Source: Trypanosoma brucei (Eukaryota). Taken from it: a DNA stretch of 64,000 nucleotides. The notes under the pieces were generated by a model. That model was not told the DNA's origin, ran no database searches, and was given only the letters and a program-made list of their open reading frames with translations. The stretch is from the NCBI GenBank assembly GCA_000002445.1, contig AE017150.2, forward strand, positions 1,024,001-1,088,000. The letters run 5' to 3'. This document shows, piece after piece, positions 13,001 through 22,356 of the stretch; position 1 is the first letter of the stretch, and each line of letters opens with the position of its first letter. The translations under genes were made by a program, and so were the position numbers.

Positions 13001-16000
13001 CGCTTCTCCCTCGGAGCTCAACTCACCTGTTATGAAGGCCACTAAGGGTGAGCTTGCGCCACTGCGAGCGGGGGAAGTTGTGGGACCAACACCCTTGGAG
13101 GTAGGGGGGCCTCGTGACCTTGCTGCTGATGGTGCTACTGCAAAGACGTCCGGTCAACCCGTTGAACGAGAGGATGGATGTGTAACTTCCCATGCTTTGA
13201 AGCTTGAGGGAGACAATTGGGGTGCTGTGTATGAAAAGAAGCGTGCTGCATTTGATGAAGCATTCGACGCTGACATATGTGATACACTGGGCGTACCTCG
13301 GGGAAGTGTGGAGGATATGGTGTTAGCTTCTGATGGACAGTTGGTTTCGTTTGGTGTGCGGCATCCTGCCTCCTTAGGGAAAAAAGATATCAACAAAGCC
13401 CTTTCGAGCTGCCCATTTGAAAACACATGGAAGTTGTATGAACCTAAGAAGTCCGCTTCTCCCTCCAGGTTTGACTCTCTTGTTCTGATGACCACTAAGG
13501 GTGAGCTTGCGCCACTGCGAGCAGAGGAAGAGGCTGCCGGACCACTGCCCGATGCTTCCGATGCTTTTCCTTCAGCGACAGCCGCGGTATCTAATTTGTT
13601 GCCTGCAAAGGCAATAAGATCACGTTATTTTTCAAGTGGTGAGTGTAACATCACCACTAGTGGTGCTACCCCTATAGCCCTATATGGAGCGTTGTGTGAC
13701 AGTGACACTGTTGTCACACGGCACCGTGTGAGGTTTAATGGGGAAAACTGGGATTTGGTTTTACAACGCAGACGTGCAGAACTGGACGACGCGTTGGATG
13801 CTGATGTGAGCGAAGCGTTGGACCTGCCTCGAGGAAGCGTTAGTGATATTGAGTATGTACCCGACGGCCTTACTGCGTCGTTTGGTGTGCGGCATCCCGC
13901 GGCGTTCCGTAGGCGGGACATCGCGCGTTTACTTTCGAAGGGTCAGTTTGCGAATTTGTGGAAGATGTACCCACGCAGCAGAAATATTGATACTTTAGGG
14001 CCTTCGTTGTCCTCGTTGAAGGCATCGGAAAAAGCCCCGCCGAACATAGTAGGGGGGGAAGTCGTACCACCGGTCCCCAATTTTTGTCAGAGCCGTGCTA
14101 AGGTTGACGCGGCAGGACTTCCTACTCGCGCATCTGATACGGTTACTCCATCGGACTACACCAATGGTCAACAGTCAGTTATGAAAACGGAGAAGCGCGG
14201 CAGTGTTGTTGATGGAGGTGATACCATTATTACTTGCCACCGCGTAAAGCTGAGTGGAGCCAACTGGGTCGAGGTAGTTGAGACGAAACGGGCTGCATTC
14301 GACGAAGCATTCGATACCGATGTGTGTGAGGCATTGGGCTTCCCCTTGGGTTGTGTGGAGGATGTGCTGTTAGGTCCCGATGGTCATTCGGTTACGTTTG
14401 CGGTGCGCCACTCAGCCTCTTTGCAAAAGAGTGACGTCAAAAAGGTTCTTCGTCTTTGCCCATTTGCTAACACATTGCAGTTATACCATTCACGGAGAAC
14501 TCTCCCTTCTTCTGAGGTTGCATCCACCGTGCTTCGAGCAACTGAAAAGGAAAAACCTGCGCCGACACCGCGAAGCCACGGTTCAGCCAAACCTTCGACC
14601 GTAAAGGTGGCGGCGTCTTGTGACCTCGAGGGAAGGGGTGCTGACGGTGATCCAGCCTTCGTTGAAGTATTTAATGGACTGATCAGCGACGAAGATACCT
14701 TGGTAACACGCCATGGCGTACTGCTCAACGGAGAAAATTGGCTTAAATTACATGAAAGCAAATCTGCAGCGTTTAATGACGCATTCGATGCTGATGTGTG
14801 CGAGGCGCTGGGTCTTCCATGCGGCAATGTTGAAGGTATAAAGTTGAATCCCGACGGCCACCTAGTTACCTTCGGCGTTCGTCATCCTATTTCACAGCGG
14901 AGGGAGGATATCAACAGAGCTCTTGGAAAATGCAGATATCAGAATCTGATGAAATTGTACAACTCCCGTTCTGCTGTTTATTCCTGTGTCGCCACATCCC
15001 CCATGCTTAGAGCAACAGAGACGGCGCGCGCGGCGTTAGCGACCCAAGAGTCGATCTCACAACCTGCGGTCTCCGAGGTAGCCAATACAACATCGGTAGG
15101 GGTGGCGAAGTCGCGCAACCTTCTGGACGGAAGCGCGGCTGCGAGTAACTCTGCTTCTGTAGCCGGATTGCATGCTTTCCTTTCAGATCAGCCGGTTGTA
15201 ACCCAGCACGGTATAAAATTCAGCGGGGCCAACTGGGCTGATGTGATTGAAGGCCGTGCAATGTTTGACGACGCGCTTGATGCTGATGTGTGTGAGGCGG
15301 TGGGTCTTCCTCGAGGGAGCGTTGAAGACATACTACTAAGCTCTGATGGACGCTCCGTCGCCTTTGGTGTACGCCATCCTGCTTCCATAAGCAAAGGGGA
15401 TATCAATCAAGCACTTGATAACTGCAGATTTGTCAACACTTTGAGGTTGTATAATATGCGTTCTGCTGTTTATTCCTGTGTCGCCAAATCCCCCATGCTT
15501 AGAGCAACAGAGACGGCGCGCGCGGCGTTAGCGACCCAAGAGTCGATCTCACAACCTGCGGTCTCCGAGGTAGCCAATACAACATCGGTAGGGGTGGCGA
15601 AGTCGCGCAACCTTCTGGACGGAAGCGCGGCTGCGAGTAACTCTGCTTCTGTAGCCGGATTGCATGCTTTCCTTTCAGATCAGCCGGTTGTAACCCAGCA
15701 CGGTATAAAATTCAGCGGGGCCAACTGGGCTGATGTGATTGAAGGCCGTGCAATGTTTGACGACGCGCTTGATGCTGATGTGTGTGAGGCGGTGGGTCTT
15801 CCTCGAGGGAGCGTTGAAGACATACTACTAAGCTCTGATGGACGCTCCGTCGCCTTTGGTGTACGCCATCCTGCTTCCATAAGCAAAGGGGATATCAATC
15901 AAGCACTTGATAACTGCAGATTTGTCAACACTTTGAGGTTGTACGTCTCGCGATGCCCTCCCGTTGTTTATGAAGCCAGTCGACCACCACTAAAGGCTGC

Positions 16001-19000
16001 TGAGGCTGAGCAATTGTCACTAAAGGCTGCTGAAACGAAGCGACCACCACTAAAGGCTGCTGAGGCTGAGCAATCGTCACTAAAGGCTGCTGAAACGAAG
16101 CGACCACCACTAAAGGCTACTGAGGCTGAGCAATCGTCACTAAAGGCTGCTGAAACGAAGCGACCACCACTAAAGGCTGCTGAGGCTGAGCAATCGTCAC
16201 TAAAGGCTGCTGAAACGAAGCGACCACCACTAAAGGCTGCTGAGGTTGGGCGACCACCACTAAAAGCTACTGAGGCTGAGCAATCGTCACTAAAGGCTGC
16301 TGAAACGAAGCGACCACCACTAAAGGCTGCTGAGGTTGGGCGACCACCACTAAAAGCTACTGAGGCTGAGCAATCGTCACTAAAGGCTGCTGAAACGAAG
16401 CGACCACCACTAAAAGCTACTGAGGCTGAGCAATCGCCACTAAAGGTTACTGAAGCTAGGCGTGCACCACCAGCAAGAGCCACTGAGGTTGAGCGACCAC
16501 CTCTAAAAGTGGTGGAGATTAGCTCGCCAACGAGTTTCGTGGCGGGACCGAGGTCCGTGGGGCTCGTTAACCCCCCAAGTCTTGTGGATACAGGCATTAT
16601 TGGAAGTAGCTCTGCTTCATTTGACATACTGTATGGCTCCCTGAAAGACGAAGGGGCTGTGGTAACCGAATACCGTGCCAAGTTGAACGGGAGTCACTGG
16701 CGTGTTTTGCTGCAACACAGGTTCCTGGAGTTCGAGGAGGCCTTTTACGGTGATGTGTGTGATGCGCTGAGTCTTACGAAGGGGAGCGTGGACAACATGG
16801 AACTAGACTCTGATATGCAGGCATTTTCTTTTGGTGTGCGACATCGCAGGTCACTTGAACCGAGTGCTGTGTTACGTCAGTTGGGAGAATATCATTTTTC
16901 TAAAACTCGGGAATTTTGTGACTCACAAAAACGGTTTGGTGTCGTTGTTGATGATCATGACCAGCTCCTCACCCTAGAAATTGCTTCGAAACAGGAACTA
17001 CCGGAGGCTGATGATGGTTGCGACGAAGACTTGCGGCACTTGCAGACTTCAGGACGTAGTGATCTGCCTTCTTCGCCTTCGTCCCCACTGTGCATCAAGA
17101 AGACAAATACACGAACAATGCACTTTGGCAATACCGGTGCCGGCGCTGTACGTTTACCGAAGACCAGGAAATACGAGGCCGCTCCCGCGAACGCCACTGT
17201 GACGCAACACCGAGTTCAATTTGTCGCCGAGAACTGCGGTCATGTTGCCGATGAGACGCGGGAGAAGGTCCCCCAAGCACTGAATCTTGACGTCTGCGAC
17301 GCACTGGGCATTTCTTGGAAGTGCGTGGAGGAGGTAACGCTCAGCCCTGATGGAAGACTTGTGACATTTGGTGTGCGTCATTCGCCGAAAATGAGCCGTG
17401 CCGATGTGAGGAGCGCGCTCATAGCACACGATTTCCCATACACATGGAAAGTTTATGAACCGGATACGCTAGTTGAGTTCGAAAGCGGAGTTGAACGTAC
17501 TACCGCGGAACAAAAGTCACAAGCAACCCCGAAAGCAACGAGTACATCATCCATATATTTCTCTCCTTCTTCCGTCCCACCGTTCGTGAGAGTTGCTGAG
17601 CCTCAAAATTTTGTTAAGGACAGCTTTACTATAAGTAACACTGCCTCTTTGGAGGTGCTTCACACTGCAATCGGCGATGGCACTGTCGTAACAAAGCACC
17701 GTGTCAAATTCAATGGGGACAATTGGGGTGCTGTGCTTGAGAAGAAGCGTGCTGCATTTGATGAGGCGTTTGATGCCGACGTGTGTGATGCGTTAGACCT
17801 TCCTCGGGGAAGTGTGGAGGGGATAACGTTGGGCTCAGATGGCCTCTCAATTGACTTCGGTGTGAGACACCCCGCTTCGTTGCACAAGGATGAGGTGGAT
17901 CATTTTCTGTCGACCTCTGAGTTTCCTGCGATGTGGAACCTTTATGAGCCGAAGAAGAAGGTCTTGTCATCGATTGTCATGGGGGACACCGAAGAGCGTG
18001 AGACAACCTCTTTTAGTACTTCGCTGCCCCAACGCGCCTCTCCCGTCAGCGCCAAGGAGTTCCCATCTTGTTTGCACCCCGCTCCCGGGGTTGCGTCCAG
18101 CTCCGTTCCAATGGACCGCGCTGATGGTGCATCGGGTTCGGGTAATGTGTGCCACTTATACCGTGTTGGATTTGTGGGGGGTTTCTGGAGCGGCATCGTT
18201 GACAAGCGCTTTACTGCAGCAGTGGACTGCTTTATGCGTGATGCGGCTGTCGGAGAGGGTCTAGTCCCACGTAGTGTGGAGAGGGTTGTGTCGCTCGACT
18301 CTGGTAATGTTGTGTTTTCCGTCTGGATGGAGCATGCGGCTGCTCTGTCGCAGAGTGAAGTGTGCACAGCGATGGACAACGCCCCCTTTCCATCCATGTG
18401 GAAGCTATATGACGACTTGATCAATGAAGGTGTTGTCGGGCGGACCACGACGTTGCATCGCGTGGGTTTGGTGGGGTCTGAGTGGGCGCATGTGGCAAAC
18501 GTTGATCTGGTCAAAGAGGTATTTATCCAGGATGTTGCAGAGGCACTTCGCCTCAGTCCTGAGGATATAAATGTTAACGAGTACACAGTTAACGATAAGC
18601 TCGTCATCGGGTTCTACGTGAGCCATTCCCACACCTTAACAGAAGTAGATATCGACGATATGTTGGCTAATGCTCCACTCTCGCGTGTGTGGGGATTATG
18701 CCCGGTCCCTGGAACAAATTCCTGGAAAGCTGCACACTGCAAGGGTTCGGCAAGAAGCAACTCCGGTTCCTTTCCACATACCGAGCCCCTTCGTGGTGGC
18801 CGGTTTCGCGACCTTTCTCCAATACCCTTGTCGGGTGGGATTCCCGCTGAAACTCCGCACGACCGACGCTCAAATTCTCAATATCGGCGGTCGTTGGGAC
18901 CTCTTCAAGGCGTTGTATCCCCGCCGATGCGAAGGTATGATGGCCATAACCAGCACTCCGGCCGGTTCTATCAGGCAAATAAGCGGTCGCCGGGTCAATT

Positions 19001-19301
19001 CTCCCCCCCTAACCAACCAGTGGTGAATACGAAGGGAGTACATGCCATGAGAATGTCTCCACAAAGCGGCAGGTTTAAGGCAGGGAGCGCACGGGGCGGA
19101 GGGTCGCTGATTGCCGGATCTGACCCCGTTCGCGCATCGCTTCCCCGAGTGGATCTTTTGAAGGTGGGTGAGTTGCTTGCGCTGATGCGCCGGCGACAGT
19201 TGGAAGAGGGGTCCACTCGCCTTCCACCTTTGACTGGGAGGGCACAACCCTACCCCAGTTGTGCCCCCAGTACCGTAAAGCGATATGTGGGATCAAAGTG
19301 A
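10074..19301 (+). CDS. FLAM8: Giant repetitive flagellar protein, consistent with flagellar member 8 (FLAM8)
   Basis: A single ORF; from the first in-frame ATG (10074) it encodes exactly 3075 aa. It contains 17 divergent copies of an ~85-aa module ([HY]RVKF.G.NW..V.....AFD.AFD.DVC.ALGLPRGSVED..L..DG..V.FGVRHP.SL...D....L..C.F.N...LY), plus a block of 20-aa PPLKAAEAEQSSLKAAETKR repeats. The identification rests on the size match and on neighbouring genes (SBPase, SPT6, SmD2, HSP100), recalled from memory of the T. brucei chromosome 2 locus, not on a database search. Confidence 0.65.
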   Translation: MGEADAPSGGQESNYLPVAAVVNSGSASGSGAHRGPRHQRERSGGNENTENVPPLPKTGLTNASFVRLEDPRDIGEATSTEILSEPDDEEEHLVTYHGVKLNGDNWVDVLRGSRAVFDDALGADVCDMLALPRSSVRDVKVGADGQSVMFGVRHPFSLQKDEVNKALESCRFTSTLKLYDLQTDSGPLETDSPVLKASESAPPSLRDEESSQHGDIKGASSVKKIKPRNHNIGACSITGHSASVEVLYGAIYDEDAAVTHHRVKFNGNNWDSIVHHKGMAIREAFDTDVSNALGLPRGSVEDVTLAPDGLSMSFSVRHPASLRRKDVNKILAKCPFENTWRLYESKKSFNNSRVASFVLRSSVNAPPSLRAEEDVGVVLGDWDANPPFEFLVPATASQMTVVRPPNAASGECNINSMPDDILINTEGEGFGTVTRHEVKFEGDNWGVVHEKKRVAFDEAFDADICGALGVPRGSVEDMVLASDGQLVSFGVRHPASLGKKDINKALSSCPFENTWKLYEPKKSASPSELNSPVMKATKGELAPLRAGEVVGPTPLEVGGPRDLAADGATAKTSGQPVDVETNVLTRHRVKFHGDNWGVVHEKKRVAFDEAFDADICGALGVPRGSVEDMVLASDGQLVSFGVRHPASLGKKDINKALSSCPFENTWKLYEPKKSASPSELNSPVMKATKGELAPLRAGEVVGPTPLEVGGPRDLAADGATAKTSGQPVDVETNVLTRHRVKFHGDNWGVVHEKKRVAFDEAFDADICGALGVPRGSVEDMVLASDGQLVSFGVRHPASLGKKDINKALSSCPFENTWKLYEPKKSASPSELNSPVMKATKGELAPLRAGEVVGPTPLEVGGPRDLAADGATAKTSGQPVEREDGCVTSHALKLEGDNWGAVYEKKRAAFDEAFDADICDTLGVPRGSVEDMVLASDGQLVSFGVRHPASLGKKDINKALSSCPFENTWKLYEPKKSASPSELNSPVMKATKGELAPLRAGEVVGPTPLEVGGPRDLAADGATAKTSGQPVEREDGCVTSHALKLEGDNWGAVYEKKRAAFDEAFDADICDTLGVPRGSVEDMVLASDGQLVSFGVRHPASLGKKDINKALSSCPFENTWKLYEPKKSASPSRFDSLVLMTTKGELAPLRAEEEAAGPLPDASDAFPSATAAVSNLLPAKAIRSRYFSSGECNITTSGATPIALYGALCDSDTVVTRHRVRFNGENWDLVLQRRRAELDDALDADVSEALDLPRGSVSDIEYVPDGLTASFGVRHPAAFRRRDIARLLSKGQFANLWKMYPRSRNIDTLGPSLSSLKASEKAPPNIVGGEVVPPVPNFCQSRAKVDAAGLPTRASDTVTPSDYTNGQQSVMKTEKRGSVVDGGDTIITCHRVKLSGANWVEVVETKRAAFDEAFDTDVCEALGFPLGCVEDVLLGPDGHSVTFAVRHSASLQKSDVKKVLRLCPFANTLQLYHSRRTLPSSEVASTVLRATEKEKPAPTPRSHGSAKPSTVKVAASCDLEGRGADGDPAFVEVFNGLISDEDTLVTRHGVLLNGENWLKLHESKSAAFNDAFDADVCEALGLPCGNVEGIKLNPDGHLVTFGVRHPISQRREDINRALGKCRYQNLMKLYNSRSAVYSCVATSPMLRATETARAALATQESISQPAVSEVANTTSVGVAKSRNLLDGSAAASNSASVAGLHAFLSDQPVVTQHGIKFSGANWADVIEGRAMFDDALDADVCEAVGLPRGSVEDILLSSDGRSVAFGVRHPASISKGDINQALDNCRFVNTLRLYNMRSAVYSCVAKSPMLRATETARAALATQESISQPAVSEVANTTSVGVAKSRNLLDGSAAASNSASVAGLHAFLSDQPVVTQHGIKFSGANWADVIEGRAMFDDALDADVCEAVGLPRGSVEDILLSSDGRSVAFGVRHPASISKGDINQALDNCRFVNTLRLYVSRCPPVVYEASRPPLKAAEAEQLSLKAAETKRPPLKAAEAEQSSLKAAETKRPPLKATEAEQSSLKAAETKRPPLKAAEAEQSSLKAAETKRPPLKAAEVGRPPLKATEAEQSSLKAAETKRPPLKAAEVGRPPLKATEAEQSSLKAAETKRPPLKATEAEQSPLKVTEARRAPPARATEVERPPLKVVEISSPTSFVAGPRSVGLVNPPSLVDTGIIGSSSASFDILYGSLKDEGAVVTEYRAKLNGSHWRVLLQHRFLEFEEAFYGDVCDALSLTKGSVDNMELDSDMQAFSFGVRHRRSLEPSAVLRQLGEYHFSKTREFCDSQKRFGVVVDDHDQLLTLEIASKQELPEADDGCDEDLRHLQTSGRSDLPSSPSSPLCIKKTNTRTMHFGNTGAGAVRLPKTRKYEAAPANATVTQHRVQFVAENCGHVADETREKVPQALNLDVCDALGISWKCVEEVTLSPDGRLVTFGVRHSPKMSRADVRSALIAHDFPYTWKVYEPDTLVEFESGVERTTAEQKSQATPKATSTSSIYFSPSSVPPFVRVAEPQNFVKDSFTISNTASLEVLHTAIGDGTVVTKHRVKFNGDNWGAVLEKKRAAFDEAFDADVCDALDLPRGSVEGITLGSDGLSIDFGVRHPASLHKDEVDHFLSTSEFPAMWNLYEPKKKVLSSIVMGDTEERETTSFSTSLPQRASPVSAKEFPSCLHPAPGVASSSVPMDRADGASGSGNVCHLYRVGFVGGFWSGIVDKRFTAAVDCFMRDAAVGEGLVPRSVERVVSLDSGNVVFSVWMEHAAALSQSEVCTAMDNAPFPSMWKLYDDLINEGVVGRTTTLHRVGLVGSEWAHVANVDLVKEVFIQDVAEALRLSPEDINVNEYTVNDKLVIGFYVSHSHTLTEVDIDDMLANAPLSRVWGLCPVPGTNSWKAAHCKGSARSNSGSFPHTEPLRGGRFRDLSPIPLSGGIPAETPHDRRSNSQYRRSLGPLQGVVSPPMRRYDGHNQHSGRFYQANKRSPGQFSPPNQPVVNTKGVHAMRMSPQSGRFKAGSARGGGSLIAGSDPVRASLPRVDLLKVGELLALMRRRQLEEGSTRLPPLTGRAQPYPSCAPSTVKRYVGSK
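11385..13470 (+). repeat. 453-bp (151-aa) near-identical tandem repeats within FLAM8, about 4.6 copies in two sub-variants
   Basis: The string gacaattggggtgttgtgcatgagaagaagcgtgttgc recurs at 11400, 11853 and 12306 (spacing 453). A variant, gacaattggggtgctgtgtatgaaaagaagcgtgctgc, occurs at about 12759 and about 13212. Confidence 0.85.
14960..15945 (+). repeat. 492-bp (164-aa) perfect tandem duplication within FLAM8 (2 copies)
   Basis: ctgctgtttattcctgtgtcgcca occurs at 14971 and 15463, and the encoded 164-aa segment (YNSRSAVYSCVA...NTLRLY) is duplicated exactly. Confidence 0.85.
15981..16500 (+). repeat. 60-bp (20-aa) tandem repeats with 30-bp half-unit variants, encoding RPPLKAAEAEQSSLKAAETK
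   Basis: cgaccaccactaaaggctgctgaggctgagcaatcgtcactaaaggctgctgaaacgaag is repeated about 8 times, with Ala/Thr and Glu-Ala-Glu-Gln/Val-Gly variants. Confidence 0.85.
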
Positions 19302-20013
19302 TGGTACCAAGGAGGAAGGGGGGGAAAAAAGTAGAATCGTGTAGTTTCTGTACAAACACGCGTGGTGCACGCTAATGTATATACTGTTCCCTTTCTTCAC
19401 CTGAAGCGGTTACTCTTTCTTCCTTTCTTTTTTCCTTTTCTCATGGCAAGGTGTTTTTGCCGCCGAATATATATATATATATGTTTCCCGTGTCCCCGCC
19501 TCTGATATTTCTACCCCAACAATGCTTTGTACTCTCCTTCGGTCACTAATGCGTTTTATCGCACGCCTACTGATTTTCTGTTCTTGTCCTCCATTTTTTT
19601 TCCCCCACTCTGTCGTTTGGCGTTTATTTCTTTTTTTTTTTTTCGTTGGTTTGTTTGCGTGCTTCTTTCTTTATCCGAAAGAGTAAAATGAAGACTCGGG
19701 GGAGCGGCGGTTGCGAAACAGAAACAAGCAAGAAAGTGTGTGAGGGAAACTTATTGCCATTGGGGAAAAAGGGGGATGGCGGGAAACAATGGGTAGAGGG
19801 GTGGTAAGTTTGTGTGTTTTGTAATTACGTGCGTGTGGAGGGAACCCCATTGCTTACAAATGGGTGGATAGGTGTGTGAGTGCTGTAAACGCCTTTTTTT
19901 TTCCTTGTCTCATTACCCCTTTCCACTTTATATATGTATATGTGTTTATATTTATATCTCTGTGTACATGCGCATGTGCATATACATACGTATAAATATA
20001 AATAAATAAATAA

Positions 20014-20039
20014 ATATATATATATATATATATATATAT
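20014..20039. repeat. (TA)n microsatellite. Similar tracts lie at 5847-5868, 20652-20677, 20982-21009, 22049-22070, 23429-23442, 58114-58141 and 63846-63866, and a (GT)n tract at 23443-23461.
   Basis: Read directly from the sequence. Such microsatellites are typical of trypanosome intergenic regions. Confidence 0.9.
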
Positions 20040-20978
20040 CTAACTTTTTTAGTTTTAATTTGTAAACGTGGGCATATGTTTTGCTCGGTGTGCTGAACGG
20101 CGTGTGTATGTGCGTATGCGTATGTGTGTATGCATGAACGACACTCGTGTAAAGAAAGCGGTGGTTATATAAAAATGGCATGTGTTTCAAATTAGACAAA
20201 AGGGATGAAGAGAAGAGAAAAGAGGAGAGGGAAAAGGAAGAGGAAGAGAGGTTGGGGGGCAGGGGAAGACTTGTGGGAGCAGTTGTCAACGAGATGACTT
20301 ATGAAATAAATTCAACAATATGGATTGAGAGTCAGGGAAATAGGCGCTCAGGAGATCTTTAACACCAAAGAAAGAGGAGGTACAACACATGTGCGTGTGT
20401 ATGAAGGAAGAAAACAATTGGTTCCAAAAGGTACATATAAATATATAAACGAAAAATATATTTGTATACATATATAGACGTGTGTATACGAAAGGGAAAT
20501 GTCAGATCCTCCAGTGGCATGGGTGTACATATGAACATATTTTTACGGTTCTAAACATGTTGTATTGTCTTCCTTTTCGTCTGTTTCCACCGTGCCTTCA
20601 CGATATCAGATGAAATAAATAAGTCGATACACACATATGCATTTGTGTGTTTATATATATATATATATATATATATACGTATATATATGCATATATTTGT
20701 ATGTATTTTTTGTTTTTCACTCCTTTTTTTAATATCCCCACTTCATCTGAAGTATCAATGTACTCCCTCTCCCTCCCCTTACCTCCAAAGCGTGTACCGC
20801 CTTAGACTCGTTTTTTAATATGAAAAATAATATATTAGTAAATAAATATATATATATACTTGAAATAAGCGGGGCGACGCGTATGTAAAAATAAATGACA
20901 GAATAAAGGGAAGGTAATGTGTAGAGACCGATATGGGGGAAGTCAAAGGAAGAAAGTGTAGATATGAAAATGTGTATG

Positions 20979-21013
<35 letters not shown>

Positions 21014-22160
21014 TTATTTATTTACTTATATTCTCTTCTTTTTTCCACAAAAAGAAAGGGTTTTACTTCCCCCCTTTATGTTAAAGAAGCGACCCTTCTC
21101 TTCATTTTTTTTACCTTCTATATTTTTCTTTTTCTTTCTCTTTCCAGCTACTGCCTTGCAATCTTGTGACCACTGCGCGTTTGCAACAGGTTTGAGCAGG
21201 TGACGAATAGCGAGGCTACGGTAAGCGGGAAAAAAGAAATTAAGAAATAAAACGAACGAAAGAAAAAGGGATGCAATAAAAAAAATATTATGAACGCTTT
21301 TATTCTCCCGAGATTTGTTGTTTTATCTACACAAACTGCGGAAACGTTGTTTGCTGTCGTTGTGTGGGCACCTTCACGAGGACGCGATGGAATATGCGGC
21401 ACAGGGCCGTTTTTTTTCTCTGTTCTAAATATATAAATATTTCGACTATTTTTCGTTCTCTTTTTTTTTTTGTAAAGTTTTTTTTTTTTTACCGCGTGCG
21501 TATGTGTGTGTTGTGGGGAGGGAAAGGGGGAAATATGATGATGTGTGAAGGTAAACGGGCGGCCTTTTTTTTTTTTTTTGAAAAACTGGAGGGGAGGAAC
21601 AGCGGTGGTATTGACTTCACGTCGCCAAGCATGTCTTTCGCAGTTGACAGCTTTTATCAGCTCCCCTCCGATCTTTTTCTTTTATTTTGTTTTTCACCAT
21701 ACCCCACGTGTTTTGTCTCATTATCATTTCAGGTTTAGGATCACTTTTTCCGTCTTTATTTGCCGTTCTTCCATTTTTTTTCCCTAGAGAGTCCCAATTC
21801 GCAAACGCGCTGATTCACACAAATATGCACACTAGGGGTGCTTTCTTTTTTCTTTTTAATATATATTTCAGTGCAACACTTGTCGGGTGGGATGGTTTCG
21901 TTCTTTTTCTTTTTTTCACTTCCTTTCTTGTACTTCCTCCTCTTTGTGCTGTCGGCTGATGGGCTTAAAAAAAAAGAAAAAGAAAAACAGGTTAACTTGG
22001 TTCATTGTTGGCCCATACCCATTTTCCCAAGTATACATAATTCTACAAATATATATATATATATATATATGTGCATGCGTCTTCGCAGCCAGTGGCATTA
22101 CTATATGAATACACGTCCGCACTGCACGGCATTATGATTGCAACTGTTCGTGGACCTCTG

Positions 22161-22320
22161 TTACTTTCCTTCTTTCTTTATTTTTCTTTGTTAGTTTTTC
22201 AAAAAAAAAAAAGTCTAAAAGGAGGTACTTTCTCTTCTATTTCTTCTATTTCTTTCCTTATCTACTTTCTTTCTCTCCTTCGCTGGCTTGCTACTGGGAC
22301 TGTCACGCCCGTTACAGGGG
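22161..22320 (+). promoter_or_regulatory. Long polypyrimidine tract plus AG upstream of the SBPase gene (trans-splicing / polyadenylation signal region)
   Basis: A C/T-rich run (ctttccttctttctttatttttctttgttagtttttc ... ttctatttctttccttatctactttctttctctcc) ends at the AG near 22314-22318. The first ATG downstream is at 22357. Confidence 0.4.
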
Positions 22321-22356
22321 TTCCCTTTCACTCAACCTTTCGTGGAAAGGGAGAAT

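Noticed and set aside
10251-19359. Numerous minus-strand ORFs of 60-240 aa (for example 11378-11683, 13154-13495, 15968-16681) overlapping FLAM8
   Set aside because: They fall inside the repeats, recur with the repeat period, and have low-complexity Ser/Ala-rich translations. They are antisense artefacts of a stop-poor repetitive coding strand.
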